64,000 bases of DNA from Octopus sinensis (GCF_006345805.1 NC_043006.1:89528001-89592000), one strand, 5' to 3'; shown: positions 28,345-42,335, counted from the stretch's first letter. The notes: generated by a model from the letters alone, not told the origin. Program-made: numbers and translations.

Positions 28345-31344
28345 AACCAACACTACTATGAAAACTGCAAGATCATTCACAACCAAAATATTTAGATTTA
28401 ATTGCCAAACATTTGCTGATAGACATTTTAGAGTGTTTATGGCCCTTTTAATTATGAACAATGTCAATTATCTTTACTCAAATTTCACGGAACTTGCTGC
28501 TTGCTTTTATTTATTTGATTTTTGTTCAGAACTCTACAGCAGTTATTGTTGGAAATTTATAGTTTGCAGAATATAATTCAGAACACCTGAGTTATATCAG
28601 ATTCATGGAAATTATATGTTTACTATGGCTGGAAATTAATATCCAATTACCTTGTGGCAATTTATTAGCTGCTCACTACTTTGCTATGACATCTGTACAA
28701 GAAGCCATGGTTTTTAAAAAGACAAATATTTATAAATGGGTTTGTTTATTCAGCTTTGTATAATATATTGAACCAGTGACAGTTTCAAAATAACCTTTCT
28801 ATACTAAGAAGCTAATTAAAATATCTAGGATGATTTTGTTTGTTTGTTTGTTTTAGCCTTAAAACTGTGAGCATTAAATTATCAAATATTGAATCTCTGT
28901 AGCTTTAAAAACGACAAAGTAAATGAAAAAATAAAATGCAAATAAAAACTGACAAACAAAATTAAACAAAACAAAAAAGCATTAACCAACCAATGACAAA
29001 AAAAAGGCCTCTTTCTATGCTGGAGTTCTTCAAATTTAGAGTTTCTAGCTAAAAAAAATCTTAATAGTTGGTGAACAATAAAAGGTAGAAATAAACATTT
29101 CCTTTGATTTTTGATCTTTGAACCATTCCTACTAGAACCCATTCAATTTCCAGAATGCAAAAAGAATTTTGAAGAAGTCCTCCAGTGATTTAGGAAAACA
29201 AATTTTTGAAAATTTCTTCAGAAAAATATGGAGTCAACATATTAAAGCAAAACTATTTTTAAACTATAATTCTTTGCAGAGTTCAAAGTAGGTTTTCAAA
29301 TTTATCTAAAACTGTGGCAAATATTACAGAGAAGTAAGTTTGTTTCCAATGAGTTGAAAGTCTAAAATCCAACTCTGATACACTATAGTTTCAAACATCA
29401 CTTCATTTAGAACAATTAATGCTCTTGGGGTATAATATTTTTCATAAGAAATAGATGTTTACTTTATAGAGTAAATAAATTGTTTAAAACTAGATTTAGC
29501 AACCTGTGAATTTTATAACCTATAGTGGAAACGTTCTTGTCTTTTTGTGTGATGCCATACATCTGCTTTCTAGATGACTGTTATTTTCAAAAGACTTGTA
29601 GCTATCTGAAGACACATTGGCTCTTTTTCTAAACATAACATTTCTGTCTCACAAAACCTAGGTAAATAAATAAGAAAAGTACAGTGTTCAGTAACTTGGT
29701 TCTACCTATGATGTTATAAACCAGATATATCTTGTAGTGCTCTGCAAAATTAATTATGGATGAAGGTGTTCGGCTAGCAGAAGTGTTCAGCTAGCATCAG
29801 AAGAACTGGCATGCAGTATTTCTTCTGGCTTTTTACATTCTAATCCCACTGAGATCAACTTTGCCTTTCACCCTTCCAAGATTGATAAAACAAAATACCA
29901 GTCAATAGTATTGACCACTGCCACCACCCCTCCCCCTCCTCCTCCATTCCTTCGAAATTGCTGGCCTTGTGATTAATTACTGTGATGACATCCTACACTG
30001 GGAGCGTTCTGAATGACTTTGCTTGATTTCTACCATTTGCTGACTGACTTTTACTTTGACATCTCATTGTTAGTTGTTGACTTCTCACAACCCATTGAGA
30101 CAAAATATAACCAAATCAAACTCAGGAGCTTTTTTTTTTCAGCCAAAGAAAAAAACATTGTGAATTGTTGTAGATTTTTCTACAATAGCAGAGGACACAT
30201 CACTGCAAGGCTGACTCCAATCTTTTGAATTCTACTGACACAAACATATTATCTGCCTCATTCACATGTCAACCCCACCTCATTCACATCCAAATTGCAA
30301 TTTGCTGAGTTACCACTCACTCAGGTATTTTGGGCAACAGGCATAAGTCTTGATGGAATTCCATCTCTGTCTGCCATATATTTGCTTTGTCTTTTGCATA
30401 GCAACCATGAGACATTTCTTGAGACTTCTGGTAACAGAGGGCTATGACCATTTTTAATTTTCTATATCAGGAACTCTGATGAACACAATCTTAAGTAATC
30501 ATCTAATTACCAAATATCCTGTATGAAACTGACTAGTAAGATCGGCAGAAATGGATCTCTAATACTGTATACTTTTATAAATATACCCACTCTACATACA
30601 AATATGTGAATGCCTATTTATTCTGACTTATGGATTTTTAGATGACTACATAGCTTCTATTTATTTTACTCGAACAAATTTACAACATGTTATTTCTAAC
30701 ACATTTCTTCAAATGAACAATCTTATCTACCACAACAATTTTTATTTACCACTTAGAAGTTTTATCACTTGGAATAGATTTCTTTTCTTTTTCCTTTCTT
30801 ACCTGTCACATTTAACTGCTGCTTATATTTCCTGCATTTTATACTATTTTTCAATTTTAATCATTTATTTATCTTTGGTCATTTTCATTTAATGCCACAA
30901 CTGATCCCAAATGTTTAAGTATAAGTGTTGGTAACTGTCTACATTATTATCAAAATGACTAAGAGAAAGCTGTTGAGATTTTGGATATCTCTCCTATGTT
31001 TCATAACTGAAATTAATCATGAATCTAATGTTAGTTTTTTCATCTCACTTGTATGAGCAATATTTACATCAGTTTATGTTTTGTTTCATTACATGAAGTG
31101 TATTTGTAGTAACTTATATGCGCATGTGTGCGTGTGTGTGTGTATAAATATTTACTTTTTCTTCACTCCTTTTCACCACTTTTCTCTTTCCTCTTTCTTC
31201 TTTTTTCTGATGAAGGACTCCATGTCTCAAACATCAAAAATCATTTTCCTTTTCAACTAAGATTATGACAACACCTTTGTGAAAACTTGTCCCCCTTGAG
31301 CTTTTTCTGGTTTTTGTCCATTCATTCATTCATCATATGTGTGC

Positions 31345-31390
<46 letters not shown>

Positions 31391-31429
31391 GTGTGTGTGA
31401 TGATTACATACATACATATGTACGTACAT

Positions 31430-31710
31430 GGAAAGCAGCTGCCCAGTGGATGTTATAACATAAAGCCAAAGATCAGTGAAAAAAATATGCTGAACTGTTG
31501 AAGAATCTGCAGTTACTCTATCCAGATTACAAGTTCAGGTTTATACCTGTAATTATTGGGACACTGGGATATGTAGCTAACTGCCTAAATACCAATCTTG
31601 AGAAACTAGGATTCTCAAAACCAGAAAGGAGAAAGCTAATTCAAACATTACAGATCAGAGCCATCAATTGAACTGTAAAAATCCGTAAAACTTTCCAGTT
31701 TATCATTTAA
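31430..31710 (+). mobile_element. C-terminal fragment of an RLE-type (CRE/NeSL/R2-like) non-LTR retrotransposon
   Basis: Conceptual translation ...LQLLYPDYKFRFIPVIIGTLGYVANCL...LGFSKPERRKLIQTLQ...TVKIRKTF resembles the end of the restriction-like endonuclease domain. Confidence 0.55.
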
Positions 31711-32914
31711 GTATATATGAATATCTCTAAATATGCAACTATATGCACGAAAAGACACACATAAAGCAAAACATATAGATCTGTATGTATACATACATAC
31801 ATACAAAAATACACTGTTGATGCTGTTGAAATTCCAATGAAGGAAGCTTAAATCTAGGTTAGAAACCAGCTCTTTCTCTATTGGCAAGAAATCTTGAAAT
31901 AAAACTGAATGATGACATACATATAAAATTCTCTTTTGGAAAGAAGGATCTTGAAGCACACAAAGCTATATAAACAGCATGTAAATATTTGGTTGAAAAT
32001 CCTTTTTGGGTGGAAAAAGTTGAAAACTGCACACAGAGCTTGAACCCACATTTTCTGTAGACAGGCATTCTGGAGTTGGAACAAAACAATTCTTGAACAC
32101 ACACACACACACAGACAGACATATATGCTTATGTATGCATATACATGTATTTATACTCCCACCCATACTAGCATGGAAGGTGAACGTTAAATGTTGTTGA
32201 TAATATTGTGTGTGTGTATTGAGTAATAAGCCAAGAAACTGACAATGCATATCCACTTATTGCCATAGAGTTGTGTCTGTAGATAAGGCAGTAAACCTTT
32301 CTTTAAACATATTTTTCATGAAATTCTTTGCCTGTTTGAAAAATTTGAAGGGATTTAATAAAAGTAACTTACTTTTCCATCATTAAACTGGTGTTTCAAC
32401 CATAACTTAACAAAGCAGTTCGTTCATAAAATTACGAATGAAAAGTTTTATATTTGGATATGACAATTTTAAGACATTTCCTTTGTTTTTTTCACTGTTT
32501 AGTCAGAAAAGAAAGGGCAGTTTCCACACTACTTAATAGTTTTGTTTTGAAAGCTTCCAAGAGCATTGAAAGTGGAGAAAGGGAATTATTCTCTAAACAG
32601 AGACACAGCCTCAACATTTGCAACAAAACAAATTCCATTCATCATCATCATTGTCATATATAATATAATGTGCATACAAATCATATAATATGAATATTAT
32701 ACACACACACACAAATACACACACACACATATATATATATATAGAGAGAGAGAGTGATGAAAGGAAAAAATTATGGTCATGGACTTCATTAACTTAGAAC
32801 TATTTCTGCAATAAGATGCAATTGCACTCATAGTTGAATACTTGTGTATCATTTATAGCTTCATTCAAGTTTAAACATGAAGTGCAGAATTGTAATTGTC
32901 TAATTTCTTTTATG

Positions 32915-32946
<32 letters not shown>

Positions 32947-32989
32947 TATATATATATATATGCATGTGTGTATATGTTTGTGTGTCTGT

Positions 32990-33180
32990 GTTTGGCCCCC
33001 TAACATCACTTGACAACCGATACTGGTGTGTTTACGTCCCCGTAACTTAGCATTTCAGCAAAAGAGAATGACAGAATAAGTACTAGGCTTACAAAGAATA
33101 AGTCCTGGGGTCAATTTGCTTGACTAAAGGCAGTGCTCCAGCATGGCCACAGTCAAATGACTGAAACAAGTAAAAGAGTA
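32990..33180 (+). mobile_element. 3' half of the abundant tRNA-headed SINE
   Basis: cacttgacaaccg...cgtccccgtaacttag...gactgaaacaagtaaaagagta. Homologous copies lie at 40640-41050 and, reversed, at 42355-43226. Confidence 0.75.
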
Positions 33181-33181
33181 T

Positions 33182-33212
<31 letters not shown>

Positions 33213-33965
33213 CATAAAGTGGAAAATAATCAAAATATCCACACCATTAGCTAATGGATCAAATAATGTAAGCTATGCTTAGCTGAAAGAGCTCAGATCC
33301 TTTTCAGATCGAAGATCTCTAACTCACTGCTGAACTCCAGACCTGAAATTTTCAGCAGTTGTAAGCATATGCCTAAGTTCCTGTTGAAGGATTGGGAAGT
33401 TCCTCCTCTATCTGATTAATAACTATACCATAAACTCTATTTTTCAGCCTTATGATTTATGGTCTAAGGGAGATAACTCTTTTCCCCTTTCCCTTTTCAG
33501 ATTACATTTTTTCTGTTTTCTGATTTTTCAACCTTCCACTTTTTCTATATACTTCTATCTCACTTTTTCTTCCTTCTTCTCTCATTCCCTTCCCAATAAA
33601 CTTCAATGTTCTAGGTTCCAGAAAATCAATTTTGCTTAATTATTTCTACTCATTCTTTTTAACATTCAGAGAGGTCATAGCAAAGGCTTTTCATGAGGTC
33701 TAACAGGTTATTCACATCACGACTGTAAAGTTATTAGTTCAATTCCTAGACCAAACAGCATATAGTGTCCTTGAGCAAGGCACTTCACTTTGTTCTAGCT
33801 TACTCAACTAAAAATAGGTATTAGACAACTGTCTTCTGGGTCACCTCGAGCCTGACAGCAGCTCCAATATTCTTAATCCTGACAGCGGTTATAATTATTA
33901 ATTTTGTTATTATTATCTTTAATGTTAATATTATTATAGTTCTTATTTTTGTTATTAAGGATATG

Positions 33966-34905
33966 AAGTCAGGTAAATCCCCCAGCCCATCAGGAATCAC
34001 TGCTGACATGCTTAAAATATCTGGTGGTGTGGGTCATAGCCTAGTTACCCGTATTGTAAACCAGGTAGTTCACAAAGGTGTCATACCCAATGACTAGCAT
34101 AGCAGTCCCATAGTCAACTGCTACAAAGGTAAAAGTGATACTTTAGATAGAAATAACTGCAGGGGTATCAAACTGCTGGATCAGGAGATAAAGATCTTGA
34201 AGAGGGTCATGGCCCAACTAATTAGGGTGAAAATCTGCTTAGATGAGATGCAGTTTGGTTTTGTGCCAAGTAGAAGCTCCACTGATGCTATATTCCTGGT
34301 ACGGCAACTGCAGGAGAAAAACCTAACCAAAGATAAAAACCTATATTGGCTTTTGTTGACTTGGAGAAAGCCTTTGACAGGGTCCCCCGATCCCTTATCT
34401 GGAGGGCGATGGGGAAACTGGAGATTTATGAGAGGTTAATAAGAGCTGTACAGGCCCTGTATAGGGATGCCATTAGTAAGGTAAGGGTCGGCAATCAGTA
34501 TAGCGTAGATTTCTGAGTAGAAGTAGGGGTTCACCAAGGATCAGCCCTCAGCCCCCTCTTATTTATCATAGTCCTATAGTCTTATTTATCAAACTCAAAT
34601 CAAATGGAAATTGTAGTTGTGTCCGATGTCAGTCCCACCTGACTGGTTTCCATGTTGGTGGCATGCAATAAGCACCATCAAAACGTGGTTGATGCCAGCT
34701 CCCCCAACCTAAATGGCTCCTGTGCCAGTAGCACATAAAAAGCACCCATTACACTCTCAGAGTGGTTGCTGTGAGGAAGGGCATCCAGCTGTAGAAATAT
34801 TGCCAGATCAGATTGGAGCCTGGTGTGGCCTCCTGGTTTGCCAGTCCCTAGTCAAACCGTGCAACCCATGCCAGCATGGAAAACGGATGTTAAATGATGA
34901 TGATA
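33966..34905 (+). mobile_element. RTE LINE fragment, 5'-truncated and internally deleted
   Basis: RT remnant (DEMQFGFVPSRSSTDAIFLVRQLQEK). At about 34570 it jumps from the LSPLLFII motif straight into the 3' UTR and (gat)n tail. Confidence 0.85.
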
Positions 34906-35445
34906 AGTGAGGGAGCAGAGCATGCCATCAAAGTTACACTGTGGTAAAATATATGAAACCTAACATATCCATCATGACTACCCATCTGATAAGGGTACAC
35001 CTGGCACATGCATCATAACTATATGTGCCTGACGTAGTGATCTGATATAAAGATAAACAGTGCATGACCTTGCAGGTGGGGCCTAGTTAGAATTTTCTTC
35101 TTGTCAAGTAACCCATCCCGCTCAAAAGGTCCCTGAATAAGGGTTGTTTAAGGATGTCGAACGAAACACCCATGTTTCCAGAGGTGGATTATTCAAACCC
35201 CAAAGAATCCTTCTCAATACATGGCTATGATGCTCCCCAACTACTTCTGCTCATGATCAGAGATGCACATATCGTCAGCCACTAAGGGACATGCTCAACT
35301 TGTTATGGTCAAACAACTGACAAACAAATCTGCGGTATTGAGTAGAATATTTGCTATAGCCCATTTTTTATACCAAGACAAAACAATGTACATGATAACA
35401 CTTCTAATCAGTTAAGAGCAGAAGCCACGAGAGCCACTGTCCTAC
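34906..35445 (+). repeat. About 540-bp interspersed repeat, with a second, inverted copy at 46200-46740
   Basis: gagggagcagagcatgccatcaaag...agaagccacgagagccact aligns over its length to the reverse complement of 46200-46740. No coding remnant is visible. Confidence 0.85.
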
Positions 35446-35457
35446 AGTTTTCATATA

Positions 35458-35760
35458 TTATTTACTGTTCATATCCTGTGATGGAAAGTGCCAAATTGAG
35501 AAGTGAGAATGCAAATCAAAAATATTTTCATTTGCTGAAAGTTGTGTAATTCTACATGAAACCCCCATAGTTAAAGATTTAATAAAGGTGGGAGGGGTGT
35601 GGGGTGAGAATTTGCTAACATATCTAGTGGTTTTATCTGGTTTTCTGTAGGGATTGTATAATCCTGATTTTAGGTTTAATGAGATGTCTAAGATGTTAAC
35701 AGATTTAGTCCCTATTTTAAAAGTTAAGTCAAAGTTAAAGTTACACAAGAATTTCCTAAT
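35458..35760 (-). mobile_element. Penelope-like element reverse-transcriptase fragment
   Basis: VNILDISLNLKSGLYNPYRKPDKTTRYVSKFSPHTPP...RITQLSANE resembles the PLE RT C-terminal pattern FLD...YRKP...SNHPP. Confidence 0.7.
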
Positions 35761-36172
35761 TTTTTTGCGAGTTCTTTCAAGTAGACATTTGCTATTAGTA
35801 GGTATGACAAGAGAGCATCGTCTCTATATAGACCAGCATGAAGATCCAGGAACTCATTAGCCAAGCAATGCAAAAGGTAGATTCCAACAATGTCAGAATA
35901 CCCTATCTGATATTTCGACTCTCACCAACCACAGGCCAGAACTACAGAGACTACGCAACACTACCTGGTGCATAGCTCTCCAAGTACCTGATTCTATCTG
36001 AATCCTTATCTTACTTTATATATATATATATATTGTGATGTATATATAAATGGATGCTAAGTTGTAACAGTCTCTTGTGAATAAGATTCAATGAAATGCC
36101 TGAGGAATTATGATATCATACTGTATGATTAGCGCCATATGCAAGCACAGAAATGGTTAAAACTGAAGGATG

Positions 36173-38971
36173 TGTGGGATGACGTCAGCAGCTGGGGAGC
36201 TGACCGGAACTTGGGGCTGACTGGAAAGGGGCAGCTGTGACACGCGTACAGCGAGCGGTGCATTCTGCCTTTTTGAGCCAGGTCGTCGAGGGGTTAAGAT
36301 GGGTGATCACGTTGTTAAGGTTGGGTGAAGCAGCTGCAATTTCTAGCATTCGGGTTGCTGCCTCTCGAACTTTCCCCGCAAATGAGTAGAGGCACTATTG
36401 GAGACGCTGCCATTAATTGACGTGGAGGCCGAGGGGAAGACATTCAGGGCCCTCATGGATATGGGCTGTACGACCACCCTTGTGACTTCAAGGGCGACAA
36501 AGAAATGGAACGGGGCAAGTAGCGTCCAGGCAGTCGACGGCAGCGAAATCCGTTGCAGAGGCAGCAGCAAGGTAGAGACAGTGGTGCACAGCACGACGCT
36601 AAGGCTGCAGGTAATTGTGGCTGAACGCATGATAGATGGGGTTGATGTGGTGATGGACGCCATCAACCGCCTCGGTGGCGTCAGTATTGTGGGAAATGAG
36701 GTCACGTTCGGAAGCATGGGGGCATCGTGCACTGCTAGTCAGGATCGCCAGAGAGAGCAGAGCCCCGTGAGGGACTGCGCCGCTTACACCATCGAGGACA
36801 AAGACTTTCAGGTGGCGTTCGATGGTCAGCGGTGGACGATAGAGTGGAGATGGAAGGACGAGCCCCCGATGCTGAAAAACAGAGTGAGCTGTTACCAGCA
36901 TACCCTGAAAGGCCATGCCAGGGTTGAGTTTGAAGACAAGGTGGAGAGGTGGATCGAGGAAGGGTCCGTGTCCCTTGGGAGGAGGAGATAGATTGGGTGA
37001 ATTGGTGTTCCGGAGAGGGAATGAAATCCCAGAGCTGAGTTCCAGCATCAGCAGGAGAGAGCTGTTCTCGATGTGTGGGAAGTTGGGTGGTCACTACCCG
37101 ATCGCTGGATGGCTGAGCATGGTGTGCAGTTACACCAAGAGACGAGCGAGGGGGAGAGTTGGGACGACAAGGTGGGAGAAGGGACGGTGGCGACGATGCA
37201 GGAAATCCTAGAGAGGACGAGAGCGGAAGACCCGGTCAGGGGGAACTGGTATGTGCCCAAGACGGAATGCAGGACCGTCTGGTGTGATGCTAGCAGTATA
37301 GCGATAGAGGTTGTGTTGGCAATCGAAGGCGCTGCGGTGGAGGATGCGGCCTAGCTTTGGAAAGCAGATGACTTCAACCACATCAATGTCGCCGAATTAG
37401 ACGCAGTGCGGAAAGGGGTGAACTTGGCCCTGAAATGGGGGCTGTGCACAATTGAAATCCGGATGGATTCGGCCACTGTGCTTGGCTGGATAGGATCGGT
37501 GATCACCGGTGAAAGGAGAGTGTGGACGAAAGGTGCCGCAGAGATGTTAGTGAAGTGCCGTCTAGGAGTTCTAGGTGAATTGATCGCTGAATTCGGACTG
37601 AAGCTGAATGTCGTTTTCGTGCCTTCGGAGAAAAACAGGGGGGATGCACTGACCAGGGTGAAAAGAGCATGGTTGGAAGAACCGGAGGAGGCCCGGAAAG
37701 GGATAGCTGCGGCGTGTCGGTTGGATGACTCTGAACTGAAGAGACTGCATGCTATGCATCACCTGGGTGTGGACAGGACCCTGTATATGGCGAAGAAAAT
37801 TGATGCTGACGTCACTAGGAGAAGCATCCGGAAAGTGGTCAGGAGCTGCGACAGGTGTCAGTCCATCGACCCTGCTCCGTGTGGGCATGAACAGGGAAGC
37901 CTTTCGGTGGAGCACAACTGGAAAAGGCTAGCTGTGGATGTGACACACTACCGTCAGGGAATGTACCTCTCCATGGTCGACTGCGGACCAGGCCGGCTGG
38001 CCATTTGAAGGGAGTTGAGAACGGGCATTGCTGACAAGATTGCGCAGATCTTGAACGGGATATTTTTAGAGAGAGGTCCCGTGGAAGAACTGCTGATGGA
38101 CAATGGAGCGGCGTTTCGTTCGGAAGCATTGAGGGTTATGCTTGATCGGTGGAAGGTGCGTCGCTTGTTCAGAGTAGCGTATAGGCCGAGCGGTAACGGG
38201 ATCGTAGTGAGGCACCATCGGACAGTCAAGGCCATAGCGGAAAGAGGGCACATTTTGCCACTTGAAGCAGTTTTTTGGTACAACTTGTCTCCCCGATCCG
38301 GACAAGCTGAGGAATCTGTGCCACAGAGAGCTGTATTTAAATATGAATGGAGGCACCTGAGCAAAGCACCGGAGGGCCACGAGGAAGAGAAGGGACCCAT
38401 TTGTGTGAAAATAGGGGAGGAAGTCTGGGTTAAGCCACCAAAGGCACGCTGTATGTCTCAATGGAGCAGAGGAACGGTGACGGCGGTCAATTCCAGAAAC
38501 GTCTCCGTGGATGGAATGCCGCGACACGTCTTGGACCTCCGCAGGATTATCGCTTCGACGGACGACGATTGTGGAGAGGGGGAGAACGAGGTGCCCAGCT
38601 TGAGAAGATCTCGACACGCAAGGCGCCCTCCCGGTTGGATGGTGGACTACGACATGGAGTAGAGAGATTGTGATCTTTAAGATCAGGGTGGCGTGTGGGA
38701 TGACATCAGCAGCTGGGGAGCTGACCGGAACTTGGGGCTGACCGGAAGGGGGCAGCCGTGATGCGCGCACAGCGAGCGGGGCATTCTGCCTTTTTGAGCC
38801 AGGTCGTCGAGAGGTTAAGACGGGTGATCACGTTGTTAAGGTTGGGTGAAGCAGCTGCTATCTCTAGCGTTCGGGTCGGGCTGTGTTGAAGGATCCGTTA
38901 CCGCTGAAGGGTCTCCATCAGAGCGAAGAGAAGGTAGGTGCCTTTATTTCGAATCTCTCGCACACACCACA
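36173..38971 (+). mobile_element. Gypsy-like LTR retrotransposon, defective (gag, PBS and RT core missing)
   Basis: The 3' LTR spans 38694-38971 (TGTGG...CCACA). The 5' LTR at 36173-36355 is truncated and differs at 13 of 183 positions. A 5-bp TSD, GGATG, lies at 36168-36172 and 38972-38976, and a purine-rich tract precedes the 3' LTR. Domain order is protease (ALMDMG), RNase H (WCDASS...NVAEL...DS) and integrase (HxxxH...CxxC, LAVDVTHY, DNG, E), with stops and frameshifts. Confidence 0.95.
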
Positions 38972-39308
38972 GGATGATAAAGAATAATGCAGACAACTAT
39001 GAGAGCAGTTGCAAATGAATGCAAAATTTCAGGTAAATATACACAGAATATTTGTCTCTTAAATAATCAGTTGGAAGTTGGCCATGGATGCTAATAAATA
39101 TGAAGAATTAATAAACTAGCATCTAGTTAGTGTCAAAGCAAGACTAATTATGATTGTAAGTCAGTCTAACATGTGTTATATCTGACTAATGTGAATGTAT
39201 GTAGATTTCCTATATACACAAACACACAAATAATCTCCTTCATTGGCTCCCTCATCTCTCTCTCCCTCTATATACATATACATGTGTATAATGTATGTGT
39301 GTGTATAC

Positions 39309-39346
<38 letters not shown>

Positions 39347-39827
39347 ATACACACACTCAGTCATATGTGCCTTTATGTATTTGAGGGTGTGGGGTGAATA
39401 TGGCATATACACAAGTATATGCAACACACACACACACACGTACATAATGTCATATTCATTAGCTGCTAGTGGAACATTTCTGGTGTTATTCCTATGGAAT
39501 ATTTCCTGCAGTCGATAAATTATCTTTCTGTTATCATTTGCTTCATTGTGTGGTCATGTTTGCATCTGGGTTCAGGCATTAAAATGAAAGCACAAACCAG
39601 TCGAAAAAATCTTTGCTTTTTGGTTTTTGCATTCTTATTGTTGTTGTTATTGTTCTGCTTATGAGGGGGTAAAGTTTGTTGGTTGGTTGGTTAGTTGTGT
39701 TGCTTGTTTTGGAGGGTTTGGCAAAGGGGTGGGTAGTTGGAAATGATAAGCAACTCTGAATTTTGGATTCAGATTTTTGTTCCAGCCAACTTAATTAACT
39801 TATCTCTCTACCCAAGAAAAAAAAAAA

Positions 39828-40030
39828 CTGCCTACCTCTTTATCCTTCCACTTGCATACCTACCTGTCTAAATACCTCCTTTCCCTTGGATCTACTTACC
39901 TACTCTGCTAAATTACAACCAGCAAGCCTGTCTGCTTACCTATACACCCATCCACCCACCCACCCACCTACCTACCTACCTACCTACCTACCTACCTACC
40001 AACCTACCCACTCATCTACCTACCTACCGA
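39828..40030. repeat. Degenerate (CTAC/CCAC)n tetranucleotide tract
   Basis: Directly visible. Confidence 0.9.
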
Positions 40031-40639
40031 AAGCAAACTATTCTCTAAATGATTACCCCCATGCCAGACTTGCAAGAAATAACAACTAAATCTTCCTCAA
40101 ATCAAACAATCATCTTTTATTGGCTAATGTTGTCCTTAGTAAATTAGTTTTGGAAAAGAAAAAAAGATGGAGTGTTTATGGATGGAATCATTTTTATTAT
40201 GGATCAGGGTTGATCTGAGGTTAGATACACCACCACCACCACCACAAGAAAGGAAGAGGAGGAGAAGAGGGCTGCCACCACTGCCACCACAACGACTACC
40301 ACCACCACTGTTACAAGTTCCATTTGTAGACTGATGCCTGTGAGGTAACCATAATTAGAAACAATGGTCCAGTCAGCTCAGAACAGATGTTTTCGTATGA
40401 CCAATATGGTTTCCTCTTTTTCTATTCTGAATATTCTTCAATTCACTCCACTTAATCAACCATAGTCACATTATTGCCATCTTGGTAATTAATATACAAG
40501 AAAGGATCTTCTGCATTGCTATTTGACCCACTAGAAATAACAGCTGAATTTCCCTCAAAACCCACTCTACCAATTCTTTAAAAAACAAGGTCATAGCAGC
40601 TAACATATTAAGAGATACACTTGGCTTGAAAATAGCTAT

Positions 40640-41050
40640 AAGAAATTGGAAAACTGTATTAGAAGATTGCTTCCCAATCACATGGTTCTGGGTTTGGTCC
40701 CATTGCATGACATCTTGGGCAAATGTCTTCTACTGTAGCCCCAGGCTGAACAAACCTGTCTGAGTGGATTTGGTAAATGTCAACTTAAAGAAGCCCATTA
40801 TGTGTGTGTGTGTGCACATGTGTGTATGTATGTGCATGACTTTCTGTTTGTTTTTGTCTCCCACCATCACTTGACAACCAATTTTGGTTGTTTACATCCC
40901 TGTAACTTAGTGGTTTGGTAAAAGAGACTGATAGAATAAGTGGAAGGTTTTTAAAAAATAAGTACTGAGGTTAGTTCATTTGACTAAAAGACTCTTTAGG
41001 TAGGTGCACCAGCATGGTCACAACCTGATGACAGAAACAAGTAAAAGATA
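40640..41050 (+). mobile_element. Near full-length tRNA-headed SINE with central microsatellite
   Basis: Head gcttcccaatcacatggttctggg...cttgggcaaatgtcttctactgtagcc, then (tg)n, then the ...gaaacaagtaaaagataaaa tail. Confidence 0.7.
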
Positions 41051-41318
41051 AAATAGTAAGGGTAGAGGAATAGCAGAATTGTTAGAAGATAAGACAAAAA
41101 GTGTTGGAGATCTGCGTTTTAAGTTCAAATTCTGTCAAAACTGACTCTGTTTTTCATCCCATCCAGCTTGATAAGATAATTATCAGTTAAGCACTGAGGT
41201 TGATGTAATCAACAGCCTGTTCCCTTAAAAAATTGCAGGCCTTGTTCCAAAAGTTGAAAGAAATTGTTATTATTATCATATATCTGTATATATATATATC
41301 TATATATATACACACACA

Positions 41319-42335
41319 CAGGGTGTATCAAAATTAAGGCAACCAAAGTTTCAGGATTTAATAACTATCAATAAACATGATATGATATAAAATTCATACA
41401 TCATTATAAAAGTTTAGTGTGTCTGCTTCTTCTTTCAGACTTAATAAATTCAGATTTATGAATTAGATAATGGCTATAGGCTGAAATACAACCATAACCC
41501 TCTACAAAGGAGGTGAAAACAATACAGCTGTAGCAAAAACGCTTAAAATTAACTCAACAACAGTCTGGAAAATTGTCAAGAAATTTCAAGAGACTAGTTC
41601 CATTGTTGATAAACCTGGACATGGCCAAAAAAGAAATGTGTCGATCCCTCAGTTGATCAAAAATACCAGAGAAATGATACAATGAAGTCCTCATTGTTTT
41701 ATCAGAAAACTGGCTGTCAGAGCAAAAACAAGCTGGACATTGATATATTGAGTGCTGAAGGAAGATCTCAGGGCGCACCCGTTCAAGATGATCCACCACT
41801 ATGAACTCACACAAGTTGATAAGGCCATGAGACTGGAGAAAAGTTGTCTTATCCTACATCAGATTGCTGAAGGCACACTACTCAATTTGGTGTTCACTGA
41901 TGAAAAGGAATTTGATTATCAATCAGGCAGTAAAGCACCAGAACGACCGACTTTGGAGTGTATCCGGCTCCATCGATGGTAGACTTGTAAATCAACATCA
42001 AAATCTAGTCAGTTATAGTTTGGGTGACTGTGACAGCCGATGGAAGGTTTCCCTTATTTCTGTGCCCTGAGGTGTTAAAATTAACACCCAGCGATACATT
42101 GACAACATTTTGGAAGCTGAACTGCACCTTGGAGCCCCCAGCAGGACTCAGCACCACCCCACAGCTTCAAACAGACACAATAATGAATTCAGAAGAACAT
42201 AGGCAAAGATAAATGGCCTGCAAGAAGCCCTGATCTCAACATGTTGGATTTTTCTGTTTGGTCAATTTTGGAAACAAGACTCTTGAGCATTCCCCATACT
42301 TCACTCAACATTCTGAAGGCAAAACTGCACCAGAA
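41319..42335 (+). mobile_element. Decayed Tc1/mariner-superfamily (maT/DD37D-like) transposon, right end missing
   Basis: Left TIR cagggtgtatcaaaattaaggcaacc. Remnants include an HTH-like region (TTVWKIVKKFQETSS...KPG), LVFTDEK and WPARSPDLNMLDFSVWSILE. It is cut off by a SINE at about 42350. The subfamily call is from motif memory. Confidence 0.8.

Noticed and set aside
28238-28576. His/Gln/Asn-rich 112-aa ORF
   Set aside because: It is produced by (CAC)n, (CAA)n and (AAT)n microsatellites and starts at GTG.
36343-38400. Several minus-strand ORFs over the LTR element
   Set aside because: They are shadows of a GC-rich pol sequence with no recognisable motifs. Only the LTR-initiated one is kept, as a weak finding.
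39440-39510. Possible minus-strand exon EIFHRNNTRNVPLAANEYDI
   Set aside because: Poor pyrimidine tract and no recognisable homology.
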